DNA from: the human T2T-CHM13v2.0 reference genome, Homo sapiens
NCBI RefSeq assembly: GCF_009914755.1
Contig: NC_060942.1
Length of the DNA stretch: 64,000 nucleotides
Strand: one strand, 5' to 3'
A program made the translations under genes and the position numbers. Below, piece by piece: positions 36,245 through 52,098 of the stretch. Numbering within the stretch: the first letter of the stretch is position 1; each line of letters opens with the position of its first letter. Below the pieces are notes generated by a model that did not search any database, had not been told where the DNA came from, and worked only from the letters and a program-made list of their open reading frames with translations.

Positions 36245-37662
36245 TGATAGCTCCATGTTCCTTTATAATCTTGAACGATAATACATAATTTTACAAAACT
36301 GTCATTAGTGTGCATACAATTTGGTGATATTTTAAATGAAACACATTTTCACCAGCAGTTTTCTAAGGTGTGGCAGAATACGCAAGTGTTTTGCTTTTGA
36401 TACTATACAATGTTGTTGGGCACAATCACTTAAAAAACATACTGACCCATGAAGTTTAGCTCTTGGAGTTTCCTTAGAGAATATTCGGACCAAATGTACT
36501 ATTGTGTGCTTGAGGAAGCTGAAGACTAGAACTTGCCCACACCTCTTGTGGGGCTCATTCCCTGCACACTGCTTCTGAAGAGAGCATGAGAGCCTGGTGA
36601 GTTTGACTTCCCTGAACTAGGCCTGAAGCTAAAGGTATGGTATGGAGACAAGGTAAGGAATTTCAGTGGTGAGAGTTCCAGGATCATCCATGCTGTGGCT
36701 CTGCAGCTCTTGCTGCAAATTCCCAGTTCATTTAGATAAGAAAACAGGAGTGGAACAGGTGAGATGTCCACACAGGGTCAGGATCCATGGCAGAGGCAGA
36801 ATATCTTTGTGCACCTTTTCCTGGGTGCACAGGTATGTAACAGTTGTTAGATGAAGGGAGAAGTTCTTCGTTGGTCAGGAACTTCATTCTCTCTAACCTC
36901 AACTGTATCTGAAGACTCTCAACATCATGGAATTGTAGTTAGAGGAGATGTTGGAATCATGGCGGGAGGAGCAGGTAGCTCTGTGGTTTCCAAAAGCCAC
37001 TGTAGAGGATCAATCAGCAGGTTTGGGGTGGAGCCCCAGAATCTAGAGTCTAACTTTCAAAAGCTCTTTAAGTGATTCTGATGAGAAACTGGTTAGGAAA
37101 ACAGTGAAGTAGACCACCCTCTCACCTAGGCAGGGAGTCACTTCCATTCAGTGGAAAGCCCATGAGGATGTGAGGAGGACTTAAATATTTCCAATGACAG
37201 AGAACTCAAGTTTCTGAAACTTACTCCCAGTGGGAATTCCCCCACCCCATATGAAAAAAAAAAAATTTCCTTTCATTCCAGTTTATCTATGGCCAGTAGT
37301 TGTTTGAAAGGAATTTATACCTCTGCAAAGAAGTCACTAAAAACTGTCTTACAAATACTAAAATCTACTCCTTGAATCAATTTAGCAAAATGCTTTGACC
37401 TGATAACTCCATTTTTGGGATATTATCCTAAGGAAATAATCAAAAATATTTTTAAAAAGAAATCCTTTATGAACAGTTTTGTTTATTGCACCATTATTCA
37501 TACTAGAGCAAAAAACAACAATGACAGCTCAATTAGAGACCTGTTAGGTAATTGGAGAATGGTTAAATAATCTTTGGCATGTCAACTCAATGAAATATTG
37601 TGTGACCACTTAAAAGGATTTGACAGAGTTTGAAACTATGTGAAAAATTGCTTCTGTTACCC

Positions 37663-38085
37663 TAAGTGAGCCATGATTGCATCACTGCACTCCATCCTGA
37701 GTGGCAGAGCAAGACCCTATTTCAAAAAATAAATAAATAAAATAAAATACAATAATTAAAAAGCAAGACATAAATTTGAGACCAGGTCCAGTGGCTCACA
37801 CCTGCAATCCCAGCACTTTGGGAGCTGAGGTAGGAGGATCATTTGAGGCCAGGAGTTCAAGACCAGCCTGGGAAACATACTAAGACCCCCTCACCATCTC
37901 TATTTAAAAAAACAAAACAAAACAAAAAAAAACGGGTGTGGTGGTTTATGCCTATAGTCCCAGCTACTCAGGAGGCTGAGATGGGAGGATTTCTTGAGAC
38001 CAAGAGTTACAGGTTACAGTGAGCTCTGGTTGCACCACTGCACTCCAGCCTGGGTGACAAAGTGAGACTCTGTCTCATAAAGAAA
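37663..38085 (+). mobile_element. Alu 3' fragment (37663-37750) and AluJ (37779-38085)
   Basis: gtgagccatgattgcatcactgcactcc fragment, then full diverged Alu. Confidence 0.88.
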
Positions 38086-38154
38086 CTTTAAAAATCACCA
38101 AGATGATGAGACTTTAATAGAACTTTAGAGTATTCCATTTAGAAATGATGTCCT

Positions 38155-38541
<387 letters not shown>

Positions 38542-39074
38542 TCAGTGGATCCTGATTTGACTGCACATTGGAATTACCTGGTGAGTGGTTATAAATCTTG
38601 ATGCCTGGCCACACCTAAACAATCAAATCAATAGAAATTTTTAAATAAAAAAAATTTGAACAAAACATATGATAGAAATTTTGTAAAATAAATACAACTC
38701 CATAAAGGAAGGAAGTTCTTCCTTCCTTTCTTTCAATTTCTTTCCTTTGAAAAGAAATCAAAATATAAAAGTGGTTGATTTGAATGGCAGGGATGTAGGC
38801 AATTAATTTTTATCTTCAAGGGCTTTTTTCCCAAGTTTATTTGCTAACCATTGCTCAGATAATAAAAATTATATAACAAGCAGTTAATAAAATGTTTCAT
38901 TGGCTCAGTATTGCCATGTAGAAAAATTCCAACTTTAATAAAATATACCTTAATTTATTATTTAATTAAGGGTGTGGTATGAGCCCTTCCAGTGACCAGC
39001 TTCCGCTGAAACTCACATCGTACCCTCTCAACCTTGCTGATCTGCTCTCTGTGCTTTCTTGCTCCTCTCGTTTC

Positions 39075-39427
39075 TTTTGTTTTGTTTTGTGTGTTTTGTT
39101 GTTGTTGTTGTTGTTGTTTTGCTTGTTGTTGTTTTTTTTTTTTGAGACAGAGTCTCGCTCTGTTGCCCAGGCTGGAGTGCAGTGGTGCCATCTCAGCTCA
39201 CTGCAACCTCCGCCTCCCGGGTTAAGCAACTCTTGTGCCTCAGCCTCCCGAGTAGCTGAGACTATAGGCACCTGCCATGACACCCAGCTAATTTAAAAAA
39301 TATCTTTAGTAAAGACAAGATTTTGCCATGTTGGCCAGGCTGGTCTCGAACTCCTGGCCTCAAGTGATCCACCTGCCTCGGCCTCTCAAAGTGCTGGGAT
39401 TACAGGTGTGAGCCCCCATGCCTGGCC
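39075..39427 (-). mobile_element. AluS with (GTT)n tail
   Basis: Antisense Alu preceded by gttgttgttgttgttgttg. Confidence 0.93.
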
Positions 39428-40220
39428 AGGAACATTGTTAAAAGCCCAGCTTACAGAGCCCAGGATCACAGAGCCAGCCTAAGATTGAAGCTAGACCAGG
39501 GCAACAGAGAACCCCTCCTAACCCCCACCATGAGCCTAACAGCATGTACCAAGCAATAATAGTCTACGACTAGGGGAAGGACAAAGGCAAGCAGAAAGGT
39601 CCTCTCTGTGGCTCAGTTGGCAGAGATAGCTACAAGATGAAGGTGGGGCAAGAATATCCCCTCACCTCCCACCTGAATCACAACACAAGCGAGGAGAATT
39701 TGAAGCTGGTTTGTGCACTGAAGGAAACCATAGCAACAACAAACCCAAACCTACTCAACTCCTGACTAGACTGATTCAACCCTCCACATTAATGACCTGT
39801 CATAAAAGGTGTGCCCATTTCAGACATAAATACCACTTACTTCAGTGTCTACTGTCCTACAAATGATGCCAGGTATTCAATACAAAGTTATGACATATCA
39901 AGGAAACATTAAAAACAAAAAGCAACAAACAAAATCCCAAGAGATAAAGCAATCAATAGCAAGAGATTGATCTATGAGCAACATTTTGAAACTATCAAGC
40001 AAGGAATTAAAAATAATTAGGATTAATGGGTTAAAATATCTGATAATTAAAAATGAACAACAAACATGAACCGATGGGTAATTTCAGCAAAGAGATGGAA
40101 ATTATAAGAAAGTCAAGAAGGAACATCTTCAAAACAGCAAACAAGGAACTCCAAAAATTCACTACTCCATTAAAGCAATGAGAACATTGTCAAAATAAAC
40201 TTTTACAACTGTGGAAATTA

Positions 40221-40678
<458 letters not shown>

Positions 40679-42068
40679 AGTGCAATGAGATGTCTGTTTT
40701 GGTACCAGTCTGTGCACTACACAAGGCAATGAGATGACATTCAAAATGTTAAAAGAAAGATTGTCAACCAAGAATTCTATATCAGCAAACCTTCAAAAAA
40801 CAAAGGAGTAATTAAGACATTTACAGATGAACAAAAACTGAGAGAAGTCATCTTTAGCAGACTTGCCCTACAAGAAATTCTGAAAGGAATCCTTCAGCAT
40901 AAAATGAGAGAACCCTACATGTTAAATCCACATGAAGAAATAAAAAGTATGGTAAAGGTAACTACATAGGTAAATGTAAAAGACAGCAGAAAAGTGTTTT
41001 TATTTGTAACCCCTTTCTTTTCCTCTCTTATTTAAAAGACAACTGCATACAGTAATAATTATAAAACTATGTTGATTTGTAATGATTATGAACCAACTAT
41101 AAACCAACTATGTTGGTTTATAACGTATAGTTAGTATGACAAAAATCGCACAAAAGTGGTATGAGAGAATGAAGTTATATTGCAGCAAAATGTTTGTATA
41201 CTGTTGAAATTAAGTTGGTATTAATCCAAACTATATTATTTTAAATTAATATATTAATTGTATTCCACAGGGAAACCACCAAAACAATAACTAAAAACAT
41301 ATAGTAAAAGAAACAAAGGGATTAAAATTGTATACTAGATAATAGCCATTAAACAAAAGAAAGCAGTAATGTAGGAATAGGAAATAAAAAATATATAAGA
41401 CATAGAAAAAGAATAGCAAAATGGCACACAAATTTAAGAATGAAAGACTAAATGTTTTCCCCTTAAGACTAGGAATAACACCAGGATGTCCACTCTCAAC
41501 ACTTCTATTTAACATTGTACTGAAGTTTCTAGTCAGGGCATTTGGTCAAGAAAAATAAATAAAGGAACCTAGATTACAAAGGAAATAAAATGATCTCTAT
41601 TTACAGATAATAAGATTTTGTATATAGAAAATCCTAAGAAACCTAAAAAAGAACTTATTAGAACTAATAAACAGTTAAGCAGGGTTACAAGATACAGGGT
41701 CAATACACAAAAAGAAAATATATTGCTATACATTAATAATAAATAACTCAAAAAAATAAAACTAAGGAAACAATTTAATTTACAATAGCATCAAAAAAGA
41801 ATAATATACTTAGTGATAAATTTAACAAAAGAAGTGCATAACTTGGACATTGAAAACTGTAACACGTCATAGAAAGAAATTAAAGAAGGCCTAAATAAAT
41901 GGAAAGAAACCCATATTTGTGGATTGAAAGACTCAATATTGTTAAGACGGCAATCCTCCCTAAATTGATCTACAGATTCAATGCAATGCCTATCAAAATT
42001 CCAGTTGGCTGTTTTTTTCTTTTCCTTGCAGAAAATGACAAGCTGAGTCTAAGATTCATATGAAAATG

Positions 42069-42800
42069 TGATATGGTTAGGCTTTGTGTCCCCACCCAAA
42101 TCTTATCTTGAATTGTAATCCCCATAATCCCCACGTGTCAAGGGAGAGACCAGGTGGCAGTAACTGAATCATGGGAGTGGCTTCTCCCCTGCTATTCTTG
42201 TGATAGTGAATGAGTTCTCACAAGATTTGATGGTTTTATAATGAGCTCTTCCCCCTTCACTCAGCACTTCTCCTTGCTGCTGCTTTGTGAAGATGTCTTG
42301 CTTCCCCTTTGCCTCATGCCATTATTATGAGTTTCTTGAGGCCTCCCCAGCCATGCAGAACTGTGAGTCAATGAAAACTCCTTCCTTTGTATGGGTTCAT
42401 GTCCTTTGTAGGGAAATGGATGAAGCTGGAAACCATCATTCTCAGCAAACTATAGCAAGGACAAAAAACCAAACACCGCATGTTCTCACTCATAGGTGGG
42501 AATTGAACAATGAGAACTCTTGGACACAGGAAGGGGAACATCACACACCAGGGCCTGTCATGAGGTGGGGAGAGTGGGGAGGGATAGCATTAGGAGATAT
42601 ACCTAATGTAAATGACGAGTTAATGGGTGCAGCACACCAACATGGCACATGTATACATATGTAACAAACCTGCACGTTGTGCACATGTACCCTAGAACTT
42701 AAAGTATATAAAAAAAAACAAAAAACCTCTTTCCTTTGTAAATTACCCAGTCCCCAGTCTCAGGCAGTTCTTCGTAGCAGTGTGAAAATGGACTAATAAA
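42069..42800 (+). mobile_element. THE1D-like solo LTR in L1
   Basis: tgatatggtt...ggactaata termini; TSD aaatg at 42064-42068 and 42801-42805. Confidence 0.88.
42392..42721 (+). mobile_element. 5'-truncated L1PA 3' end inserted in THE1D
   Basis: catgttctcactcataggtgggaattgaacaatgagaac...tgtaccctagaacttaaagtata plus A tail; TSD ending ttcctttgta. Confidence 0.93.
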
Positions 42801-42956
42801 AAATGCAAAGGATCCAGAATAGCCAAAGCAATCTTGAAAAAGAAACAAAGTTGGAAAACTCACACCTTCAGATTTCAAAGCTTACAAAGTTACAGTTATC
42901 AAGACAGTGTGGTACTAGCATAAGGATAGGCATATGGGTCAATGGAATAGAGTTGA

Positions 42957-43329
<373 letters not shown>

Positions 43330-43569
43330 TAGGCTTTTAACAAATGGTGTTGGGACAACTGGCTATCCACATGCAAAAAGAATCAAGTTGGACTTCTTCC
43401 TTATGCCATTTTAAATAAACTCAAAATGAAGCATAGACCTAAATAAAAGAGCTGAAACTACAAAACCTTTTGAAGAAAACAGGTATGAATATTTGTAACC
43501 TTGAATTAGGTAATGGCTTCTTAGCTATGACACCTGAAGCATAAGCAACCATGGAAAAAGAAGGACTGC

Positions 43570-44075
43570 TAGTTTATTTTCTCATTGATTTGTGGGGGGG
43601 TCCATGTATCTAGGGAAACAATCCTTTTCTCAGTTTTAGGAATTGCAAATATCTTCGACCGTTCTGTTATCTCTCATTAATTTTGTCCATGATTATCCTT
43701 TTTTGATCTTAAATATTTATCTTTGCCTTGTGGCTTATGCTCTTAAAGTTTTGCTAAAAGTGTCTTTTTTCATCCTTAGGTGACAAATATATTTTTCTAT
43801 ATTTCCTTCTGTTAAGTTGGCGGTTTTATCTTTCATGTTCAAGCCAATAATCCATCTAAAATCCACCTTTTCATGTATTTTCATTTAGGGATCCAGATTC
43901 ATTTTTCTCCATACAGTGAATTTGTTTCCCTCAAAGTGTATACCATATAATCATTTCCCCATTGTTGTATGGACCCCTCTTTATCATAAATTAAGTTTCA
44001 ATATGTAAATAGGTCTATTCCTGAGTTCCTATACTGTTCCATAGATCTATGTTTGTTCTTACAACAATATTTTAA
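43570..44075 (-). mobile_element. Old L1ME fragment
   Basis: ttgcaaatatcttc, tagggatccagattcatttttctccata antisense L1M motifs. Confidence 0.6.
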
Positions 44076-44116
44076 AAAAATTAATAAGGCTATTAGAAAA
44101 GTAGGACTAGAAGGAC

Positions 44117-44449
44117 ATTTTCTTTTTCTTTTTTAAATTTTATTTATTTATTTATTTATTTATTTTGAGATGGAGTCTCGCTCTGTCGCCCAGGCTGGAG
44201 TGAAGTGGAGTGATCTCGGCCTACTGCAACCTCCACCTCCCAGGGTCAAGCAATTATCTGCCTCAGCCTCCCGAGTAGCTGGACTTACAGGCATGCACCA
44301 CCAAACCTGGCTAATTTTTTTGTACTATTAGTAGAGATGGGGTTTCACCATGTTTTCCAGGTTGGTCTCGAACTCCCGACTTCAGGTGATCCACCCGTCT
44401 CGGTCTTGCAAAGTGTTGGGATTACAGACGTGAGTCATTGTTCCCGGCC
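44117..44449 (-). mobile_element. AluS
   Basis: Full antisense Alu. Confidence 0.92.
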
Positions 44450-44949
44450 AGCTACACTTATTTCAAAACAAAAAAGGTAGCTTTTTTTAAGTCCATGAGC
44501 AGCAGAATCAATATCAAGTAGAATGGTGACAGCCTGCCCTTCAACACATATTTATTTATTCTTGCTAGAAATGAGTATATAAGTTGCTATGGTGATGGTT
44601 GTCAACTGGACCACAGAGCTGGACTGGACCTTCAATGGGGTGAAAAGTAGGTAACCCCTGCTGCCTGTGAGAGGTAAGACATCCAGCATCTCATCAAACT
44701 GATGCTAAAGAAAGATTTTCTGCTCCCTGTAACATAAAAGGATTTTACTGCATGGGTATATCAGTAAGTGCATTTAGGTCAACAAACAGTTCTACTCAAC
44801 AACCACACAATATGTAGAGCTTGCTCAAGCAAATTGTGTGATAACCATGTGCTTTTATAGACAATGTAAGTCATTGCTACATATTATTTGTAATGATTGT
44901 TGGCTTGTTTAGTGCGGTTCCAGGTCTTTTAATCCCTTCACATATGACC

Positions 44950-45780
44950 CCAAATTTGAGAAGTCTGTCAGATATCCAAGTGGTGATATCTGGTGGACAG
45001 TAGGATGTGAGTCTGGTGCTTGCCAGAGAGGAAACTATGAGTTTGACCGCGGTCAATTCTATATCTTCCTGGGACTGGAAGAGATCACTTAGAGGAGGAG
45101 TGTGGATATAGAGAAGGAGAAGGATGAAGACAAAAGTCCTCAAGAACATCAATATTTAGAGGTTGAGGAGCCAAAGAGGAATTAGTCAAGGAAAAAAGGC
45201 CAGTGTGGTGGGAGGAGAGTCACAGGGCCTGAAAGTGTTTTGAGAATGAAGGAGAACTCAAGTGTGTCTATCGCTGCTGGCAGATCTAGTTAGGTGAAGA
45301 TGGAGAACTGTCTTTGACATGGGTCACCCTGTAGTATGATAATAACTCTAAGAAGTGCCATTTTGATTGAATGGTGGACACTGCAAAAGCTCAGTTGGAG
45401 AGGGTTCAAGAGCCCATGGGAGGTGGAAAGTGGGCAGGCAAAAGAGGGAGTGGCTGGAGTGAATCAAGAGAGAATACTTTTTAAAGACATATGAAATCAA
45501 ATCATGTTTATTTGCCAATGGGAATAATTTGGTTGAGGGGACAATCAATATGGCATGAATGAAGGGGATATTTGCAAGGGCAGAGTTCTTGAGAGCAGAA
45601 GGAGATTGAAACTCAAAGCACAAGTGGAGGAGTGGCCTTCATCCCTACCAAGAGAGAAGGTGGATTTTGCAGGTACAAGCCCAGGTAAGGTGATAGATGC
45701 GATGGTAGGGATGGAATGGTTCTTTTTTGACTGTCCACCTTTCTATGATATATTGGGCAATGCTGTTGGCTGAGATGGGT
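44950..45780 (-). mobile_element. L2 fragments
   Basis: tttgagaagtctgtcagatatccaagtgg...gagatcacttagaggaggagtgtggatatagagaag. Confidence 0.65.
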
Positions 45781-46056
45781 GGTGGTGGGGGCAGGTGAGG
45801 GTGATAAACATGATTAGATTTCATATGTCTTTAAGGAAGTGTGGAATAAGCATCCCAGAAAGTAAGAGGGGAATGTTTTCAGGAATTGTAAGTGGAGTGA
45901 CAGACATTCCTAGGTGTCATGTGAGAGTTGTGGTCATAATTTTGAAGTAAACCAAGTTGGATTGGTTTGTATGATTTTTTAAAAGTATTCATCTGTTTAG
46001 GTGTGGGTAGAGTCAAGAAACAGTAGAGCTAGATCAGGGTTTGGTGTTTCCTAGGT

Positions 46057-46500
46057 GTATCAATTAGGATGTTTTTCATTGTGAGTAACAGAAAACCTCT
46101 CTCAAGCCACCTTCAACAATAAGAAAATGAATTATTGAACTTAAAAGAAGGTTCAGACGTAGGTCAAGCTCCAGGGTTGTTGATTCAGTGGCCCCGTGAG
46201 TTCATCAAGGACTCAGGTTCTTTTTCCCTCTACTTGGCTGTCTATGGAATTGGCTGCTTCTCGTGGCTTGCACCCTGCTCTTGTGATGCAGTGGCTGGGG
46301 CAGTCAGTCTACCTCTACCCGCTTCCTCATTCATGTGGAGCAAAAGAGAGGGAAACCCTCTCATGCTCTCACCAGCCAGGGAAGACAGGGCATTTCCTTC
46401 AGGCATTAACAGTTACCATGGGAATGCCATGTGCTGGTGGCTTCAGTCTGGTCCTCCTGAATCAGTCATTGGCAAGCACCAAGGGATTTCTAGGATGGAT
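46057..46500 (-). mobile_element. Old MaLR LTR (MLT1K/L-like)
   Basis: tgtatcaattaggatgtttttcattgtgagtaacagaaaacc...catcaaggactcaggttctttttccctct. Confidence 0.6.
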
Positions 46501-46506
46501 TTAGAC

Positions 46507-46700
46507 CAGTGGTTCTCAAAGTGTGATTTTTGGACCGGCAGCATCCGCCTCACCTGGGAACTTGTTTGTTTAAAATTCAAATTCTTGGGCCTCACTCTAG
46601 ATCTATTATATCAGAAATTCTGGGGGGTGGGGCCCTACAGTCAGTATTTTAACAAGCCCCCCAAGCAATTCTGATGCACGGCAAAGCTTGAGAACTAATG
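46507..46700. mobile_element. MER5A
   Basis: cagtggttctcaaagtg...ttttaacaagccccc...attctgatgcac...ttgagaactaatg with inverted termini. Confidence 0.85.
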
Positions 46701-47212
46701 GCTTAGGATAAGACAGTGAATGCCATGAACAAAATGAGGGATCTTTGAGGAAGGAGGATATGGCAATAAACATCTACTAGTGGCTACTAGACCAGGTGGG
46801 CACCTGAGAGAAGGCTCACAGAGTTCAGGGTGCCTGCGATGCAGACATTCTAGGGAAGGGCTCCAAAACAAGGGTTAGAAGAAAAATGAAGACACAGAGG
46901 AACAATGGATCCGGTAAAAGTGGTGAAATTAGTAGACTGGTGATCACAATGAAGCTGGAGAATTGCAATGAGCTAGCAGGATAGAAGACGTGATGGCCAC
47001 ACAGATGAACTCACAGAACTCCAACTGCATGTCTGAACCAAGGTCACACTGACTATTCACTGCTCTCAGCCAACAAATGAGGGTGGCAAGAATGCTAAGG
47101 CCTAAGCTTCATTCAGGGCCACACGCTCTTCAGATGGTTGACTTTGGCTCAAGGACCACCACCAACTCCCCATCACCTGACTTTGGTGAGCCTTCTTTAG
47201 ACTGCATGTTCT

Positions 47213-47501
47213 GTTTCTTTGTTTGTTTGTTTTTGGAAACAGAGTCTCACTCTGTCACCCAGACTGAAGTGCAGTGGCATGATCTCTGCTCACTACAACC
47301 TCTACCTCCCAGCTTCAAGCAATTCTTCTGCCTCAGCCTCCTGCTGGGATTACAGGCATCCTCCACCACACCAAGTTACATTTTGTATTTTTAGCAGAGA
47401 TGGGGTTTCACCATGTTGGCCAGGCTGGTCTCAAACTCCTGACCTCAGGTGATCTGCCTCCCAAAGTGCTGGATTACAGGTGTGAGCCCCCATGCCCGGC
47501 C
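47213..47501 (-). mobile_element. AluS
   Basis: Antisense Alu with small deletions. Confidence 0.9.
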
Positions 47502-48110
47502 CTGCATGGTGTTCTAAGAATCTTCCATCCAACCTTCTCTCTCATTCTCCTTCACTCATGGTTAGACTTGTATCACAGTTCAGCAGCACTGCCATATTTA
47601 CCCAACTCCGTCCCTAATTTTTTTCTCACAGAGGCACTTCCCCTTTTAATATTTTTGGCATCTGCTTCTTGGGAGAATGTAGACTAATATGGAAGTTTCC
47701 TGAGTAGAGTTTGAAAATGAGATTGTGTGTCAGGTACTGTGCTATGCATGGAGTATGGTAGGGTGGTCTCTGCCTTGCTAGAGCACCACTGAGGAATACA
47801 GATGTATAACCAGTCACTGCAGGACAGCATAGTAAGGCATCATGGGGCAGTCCCAGCTGCTGGAGTTGACGTGGGCATGCTTAGGGATGGTGGAAAGATG
47901 ATGATACTGTTGGTAGGGTGGATATCCTGCCAACTGATAGCACACCCATTAGTTTAGGGAAAGACCTGGTGTTCAGTTGCTAGCCTCTCAAAGAGTTGTC
48001 CCCACAAACACGTGTGTAAGTATAGCTCAATGACTACACTGAAAGGATATAGTCTCAATGAATGTCATTGGTTCCTACAGGCATGATAAGACAATTTCTA
48101 TCATTATTCC

Positions 48111-48471
48111 TGATATGGTTTGGCTGTGTCCCCACCCAAATCTCCAACTGTAGCTCCCATAATCCCCACGTGTCACAGGAGGGACCCAGTGGGAGGTAAT
48201 TGAATCATGAGGGCAGTTTTTTCCCATGCTGTTCTCATGATAGTGAATAAGTCTCATGAGATCTGATGGTTTTATAAAGGGAAGTTTCCCTGCACATGCT
48301 CTCTCTTTTGCCTGCCACCATGTAAGATGTGACTTTGCTCCTTTCCCTTCCACCATGATTGTGAGGGCTCGTCAACCACATGGAACTGTGAGCCCATTAA
48401 ACCTCTTTTTCTTTATAAATTACGCAGTCTCAGGTATATCTTTATTAGCAGCATGAGAACAGACTGATACA
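48111..48471 (+). mobile_element. THE1B/C solo LTR
   Basis: tgatatggtttggctgtgtccccacccaaatctc...gagaacagactgataca; flanks attcc / atttc. Confidence 0.92.
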
Positions 48472-49061
48472 ATTTCCTTTCCCATGGCCTTCAGAAAATA
48501 GATGGATGACTTCACGGATGTTGAGGAGAGAGGCAAATACTTTATAACGGTTTGCTTTTTGTGACAAAGTCTTTGTTTTCTGCCTGCCTTTCTCTAACAT
48601 TTCCCCTAGTGGCTGTCAACCCACAATGAGTGGTTCTTTCCCTACTGACTGCACTAGGTAGTTGTGAGGGACCATGAGATAAAGCCCCAAGCTCCCTTAA
48701 CAACAGTAAGCTGCTCTCCCATGCAGAGTCCTTATTCCATCTCCAACTCAGGCCTGGCTACAGGCACCTGAGGAAAGGAGTGTGCTCCAGTCTCCTGGGC
48801 TCCACACACTTCCATTCTGAAGGGAATGTTGGGTCCCTTTTGGATTTTTATCCTGAAATTCAAGATCCATGAATGGATTCGAGGGAGGCTAAATCTCCTG
48901 GAATTATGTGTACATTTCTTCACACAATTTTTTTGTATACAATTTGCAACACAGTTTTTTTTTGTCATTTTTGTATGTTTATGACATGTTAGGGGCATAA
49001 AAAGGGATGGGGTCCATAGTTTTTTATTATTTCTCAAGTTTGTGACCTCAAAAAATATTGA

Positions 49062-49724
<663 letters not shown>

Positions 49725-51139
49725 TAGATTAAAAGAAAGGTCCCTTTTTCTTTGTGGTGATATAAGAAATACTGTATTATGGAATTTTGTGGGATAATAA
49801 TAAAAGGGGGCTGGTATATGGAACAAAAGGAAATTAATTTTGTACCTTAATAAATCTATGTCATAAGAGAATTTTAACCTCCATAGAACACTGTCTTGGA
49901 AACCGAAAACTAAAAAGAAGAAAAACATCATAATTTTTCTTTTTTAAAAATTCTCTTTTCTTTCTTTGTTCTTTTTTTCCTTCCTTCCTCACTCCCTCCC
50001 TCTCTCTTTCTTTCTGGTTAATCTTAGGCCTAGTTATTTCCAGATTAACAGGCAAAAGTCTTCATTAGAGTTATAGTTACAACATGAAAATTACAGGACA
50101 AACTTAACTGTGTTACAAAAATGCCAAACGCAGATGGAAGTGTGCAATTCTTGTCTGTCTGAACTTTCCCTCATTCACCACGAGAGGGAGCGCCACACCA
50201 CAGGGACAGCTCCCTTCACTGCCTGCATAGCTGTCTTAATGGTCTGCTATGTCGTGAACATTTTGCAACGTATGCACAGAGGTCAGCAAAATCATGGAAG
50301 AACAGGGCCTTGCTGATTGGTATACATGTCATGAGGGGCCCCAGCAGACCTCAGCTCTGTGTTCAGGTCAAGAAGCTGCAGGTGACCCGAGACACAGCAG
50401 CTCCTAACCACGCCCTGATGTGCAGCCTGCGTGCTGCTGCGGGGCAGGTCCTGAGGCCTCCATCAACTCATCTTTTCTAGAATGACAAAGTGAAACTCAG
50501 TTCCTTCCTCTACAGGTGACAAAGCAGGTAGAGTAATCGATGAGCTAATAAGTGAGTAGACATGCTAAAGCATTTATGAGATCTATTATGATCTCCTGTG
50601 AATGATAGGAAAGATGCTATAGATGAGAAGCTGACATCAGGTTCAGTTATTTTTATTCACAATTTTCTATCACCAGCTCTGTGCTGGTGATTGTATTTGA
50701 AGTGTATGGTCTCAGGTATTGATGACAGCTGGAGGGAGATCCTTGGAGGCTGGCCTTCAGGCTCTTTTGGTTTTTATTGTTTTTAATTGTGGTCAAATAT
50801 ACATAAAAATAACCCCTTTTAAACGTGCAGCTCTGTGGCACTGTGTACATTCACGTTATTGTGCAACCATCACTACAGTTTATCTACAAACCCTTTTCAT
50901 CTTCTCAGATGGAAACACGGTACCCATAAACCAACAACTCCCCATTCTCCTCTCCTCCCAGTCCTTGGTAACTTCTGTTCTACTTTGTGTCTCTGACTCT
51001 ATGAATTTACCTTTTCTATTCTAGGTACCCCTTATAAAGGGAATCATGCAATATTTGTCTTTTTAAATCTGGGGGATTTCACTCAGCATGTCTTCAAGAT
51101 TCATCCATGTGGCATATATCAAAATGTCACTCCTAAATG

Positions 51140-52028
51140 TGGTATATATGTAAGGAGTTATTATTTATATTGTATATATTCCACACAATGGGATATTAGC
51201 CATAAAAAAAAGAAATCCTGTCCTTTGCAGCCACATTGAAGGAACTGGAGGTCATTATGTTCAGTGAAATAAGCCAAGCACAGAAAAGCAAGTGTGGCAT
51301 GTTCTTACACATATATGGGAACTAAAAATCCTGGATGTCATAAAGACAGAGAGTAGATTGGTGGTTACCAAATGCTGGAAAGAGTAGGAGAAAGATGGGG
51401 ATGAAGAGAAGTTGATTAATTGGTACAAATGTTTAGTTAAATAGAAGAAGTAAGGCTTAGTGTTCAATAGAGCAGTAGGGTGATGATACTTAACAATAAT
51501 CTGTTGTATATTTCAAAATAGCTGTAAGAGAATAATTCAAGTGTTCCTAGCATAAAGAAAAGATAAGGCCTGTTGCAGTGGCTCACGCCTGTAATCCCAG
51601 CACTTTGGGAGGCCGAGGCAGGCAGATCACGAGGTCAAGAGATCGAGGCCATCCTGGCTAACACGGTGAAACCCCGTCTCTACTAAAAATACAAAAAAAT
51701 TAGCTGGGCCTGGTGGCCGGTGCCTGTAGTCCCAGCTACTCGGGAGGCTGAGGTAGAAGAATGGCATGAACCCGGGAGGTGGAGCTTGCAGTGAGCCAAG
51801 ATCGCCACTGCACTCCAGCCTAGGTGACAGAACGAGACTCCATCTCAAAAAAAAAAAAAAAAAAAAAAGAAAAGATAAATATTTAAAGTGGTGAATGTGC
51901 CAATTACCCTGATTTGATCTTTACACATTATATGACTGCATATAATGTGTATATATAATATATAATGTATATAGACATGTACTCCAAAAATATGTACATC
52001 TATTATGTATCCATAAACTTAAAAAAAA
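51140..52028 (+). mobile_element. L1MA-like 3' end
   Basis: gaaatcctgtcctttgcagccaca...ggaactggaggtcattatgttcagtgaaataagcc...aattaccctgatttgatc. Confidence 0.8.
51567..51870 (+). mobile_element. AluY
   Basis: atcctggctaacacggtgaaaccccg, gaatggcatgaacccgggagg, ggagcttgcag. Confidence 0.92.
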
Positions 52029-52098
52029 GTCTCTGTTGTTTAAGCAAAAAAAAAAAATGGTTGTTCATTTTTAAGGCGAATAGTATTCCACTGTATGT

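Noticed and set aside
43555-43580. L1 strand switch resembling a second inversion
   Set aside because: The antisense piece is more diverged and appears to overlap, not continue, the L1 coordinates of the sense piece; best read as two independent elements.
46135-46674. 179-aa ORF
   Set aside because: Spans an old MaLR LTR and MER5A and starts at TTG; chance open frame.
50496-50535. Possible splice acceptor ttccttcctctacag and nearby donor-like caggtag
   Set aside because: Isolated motif without supportable exon partners; common by chance.
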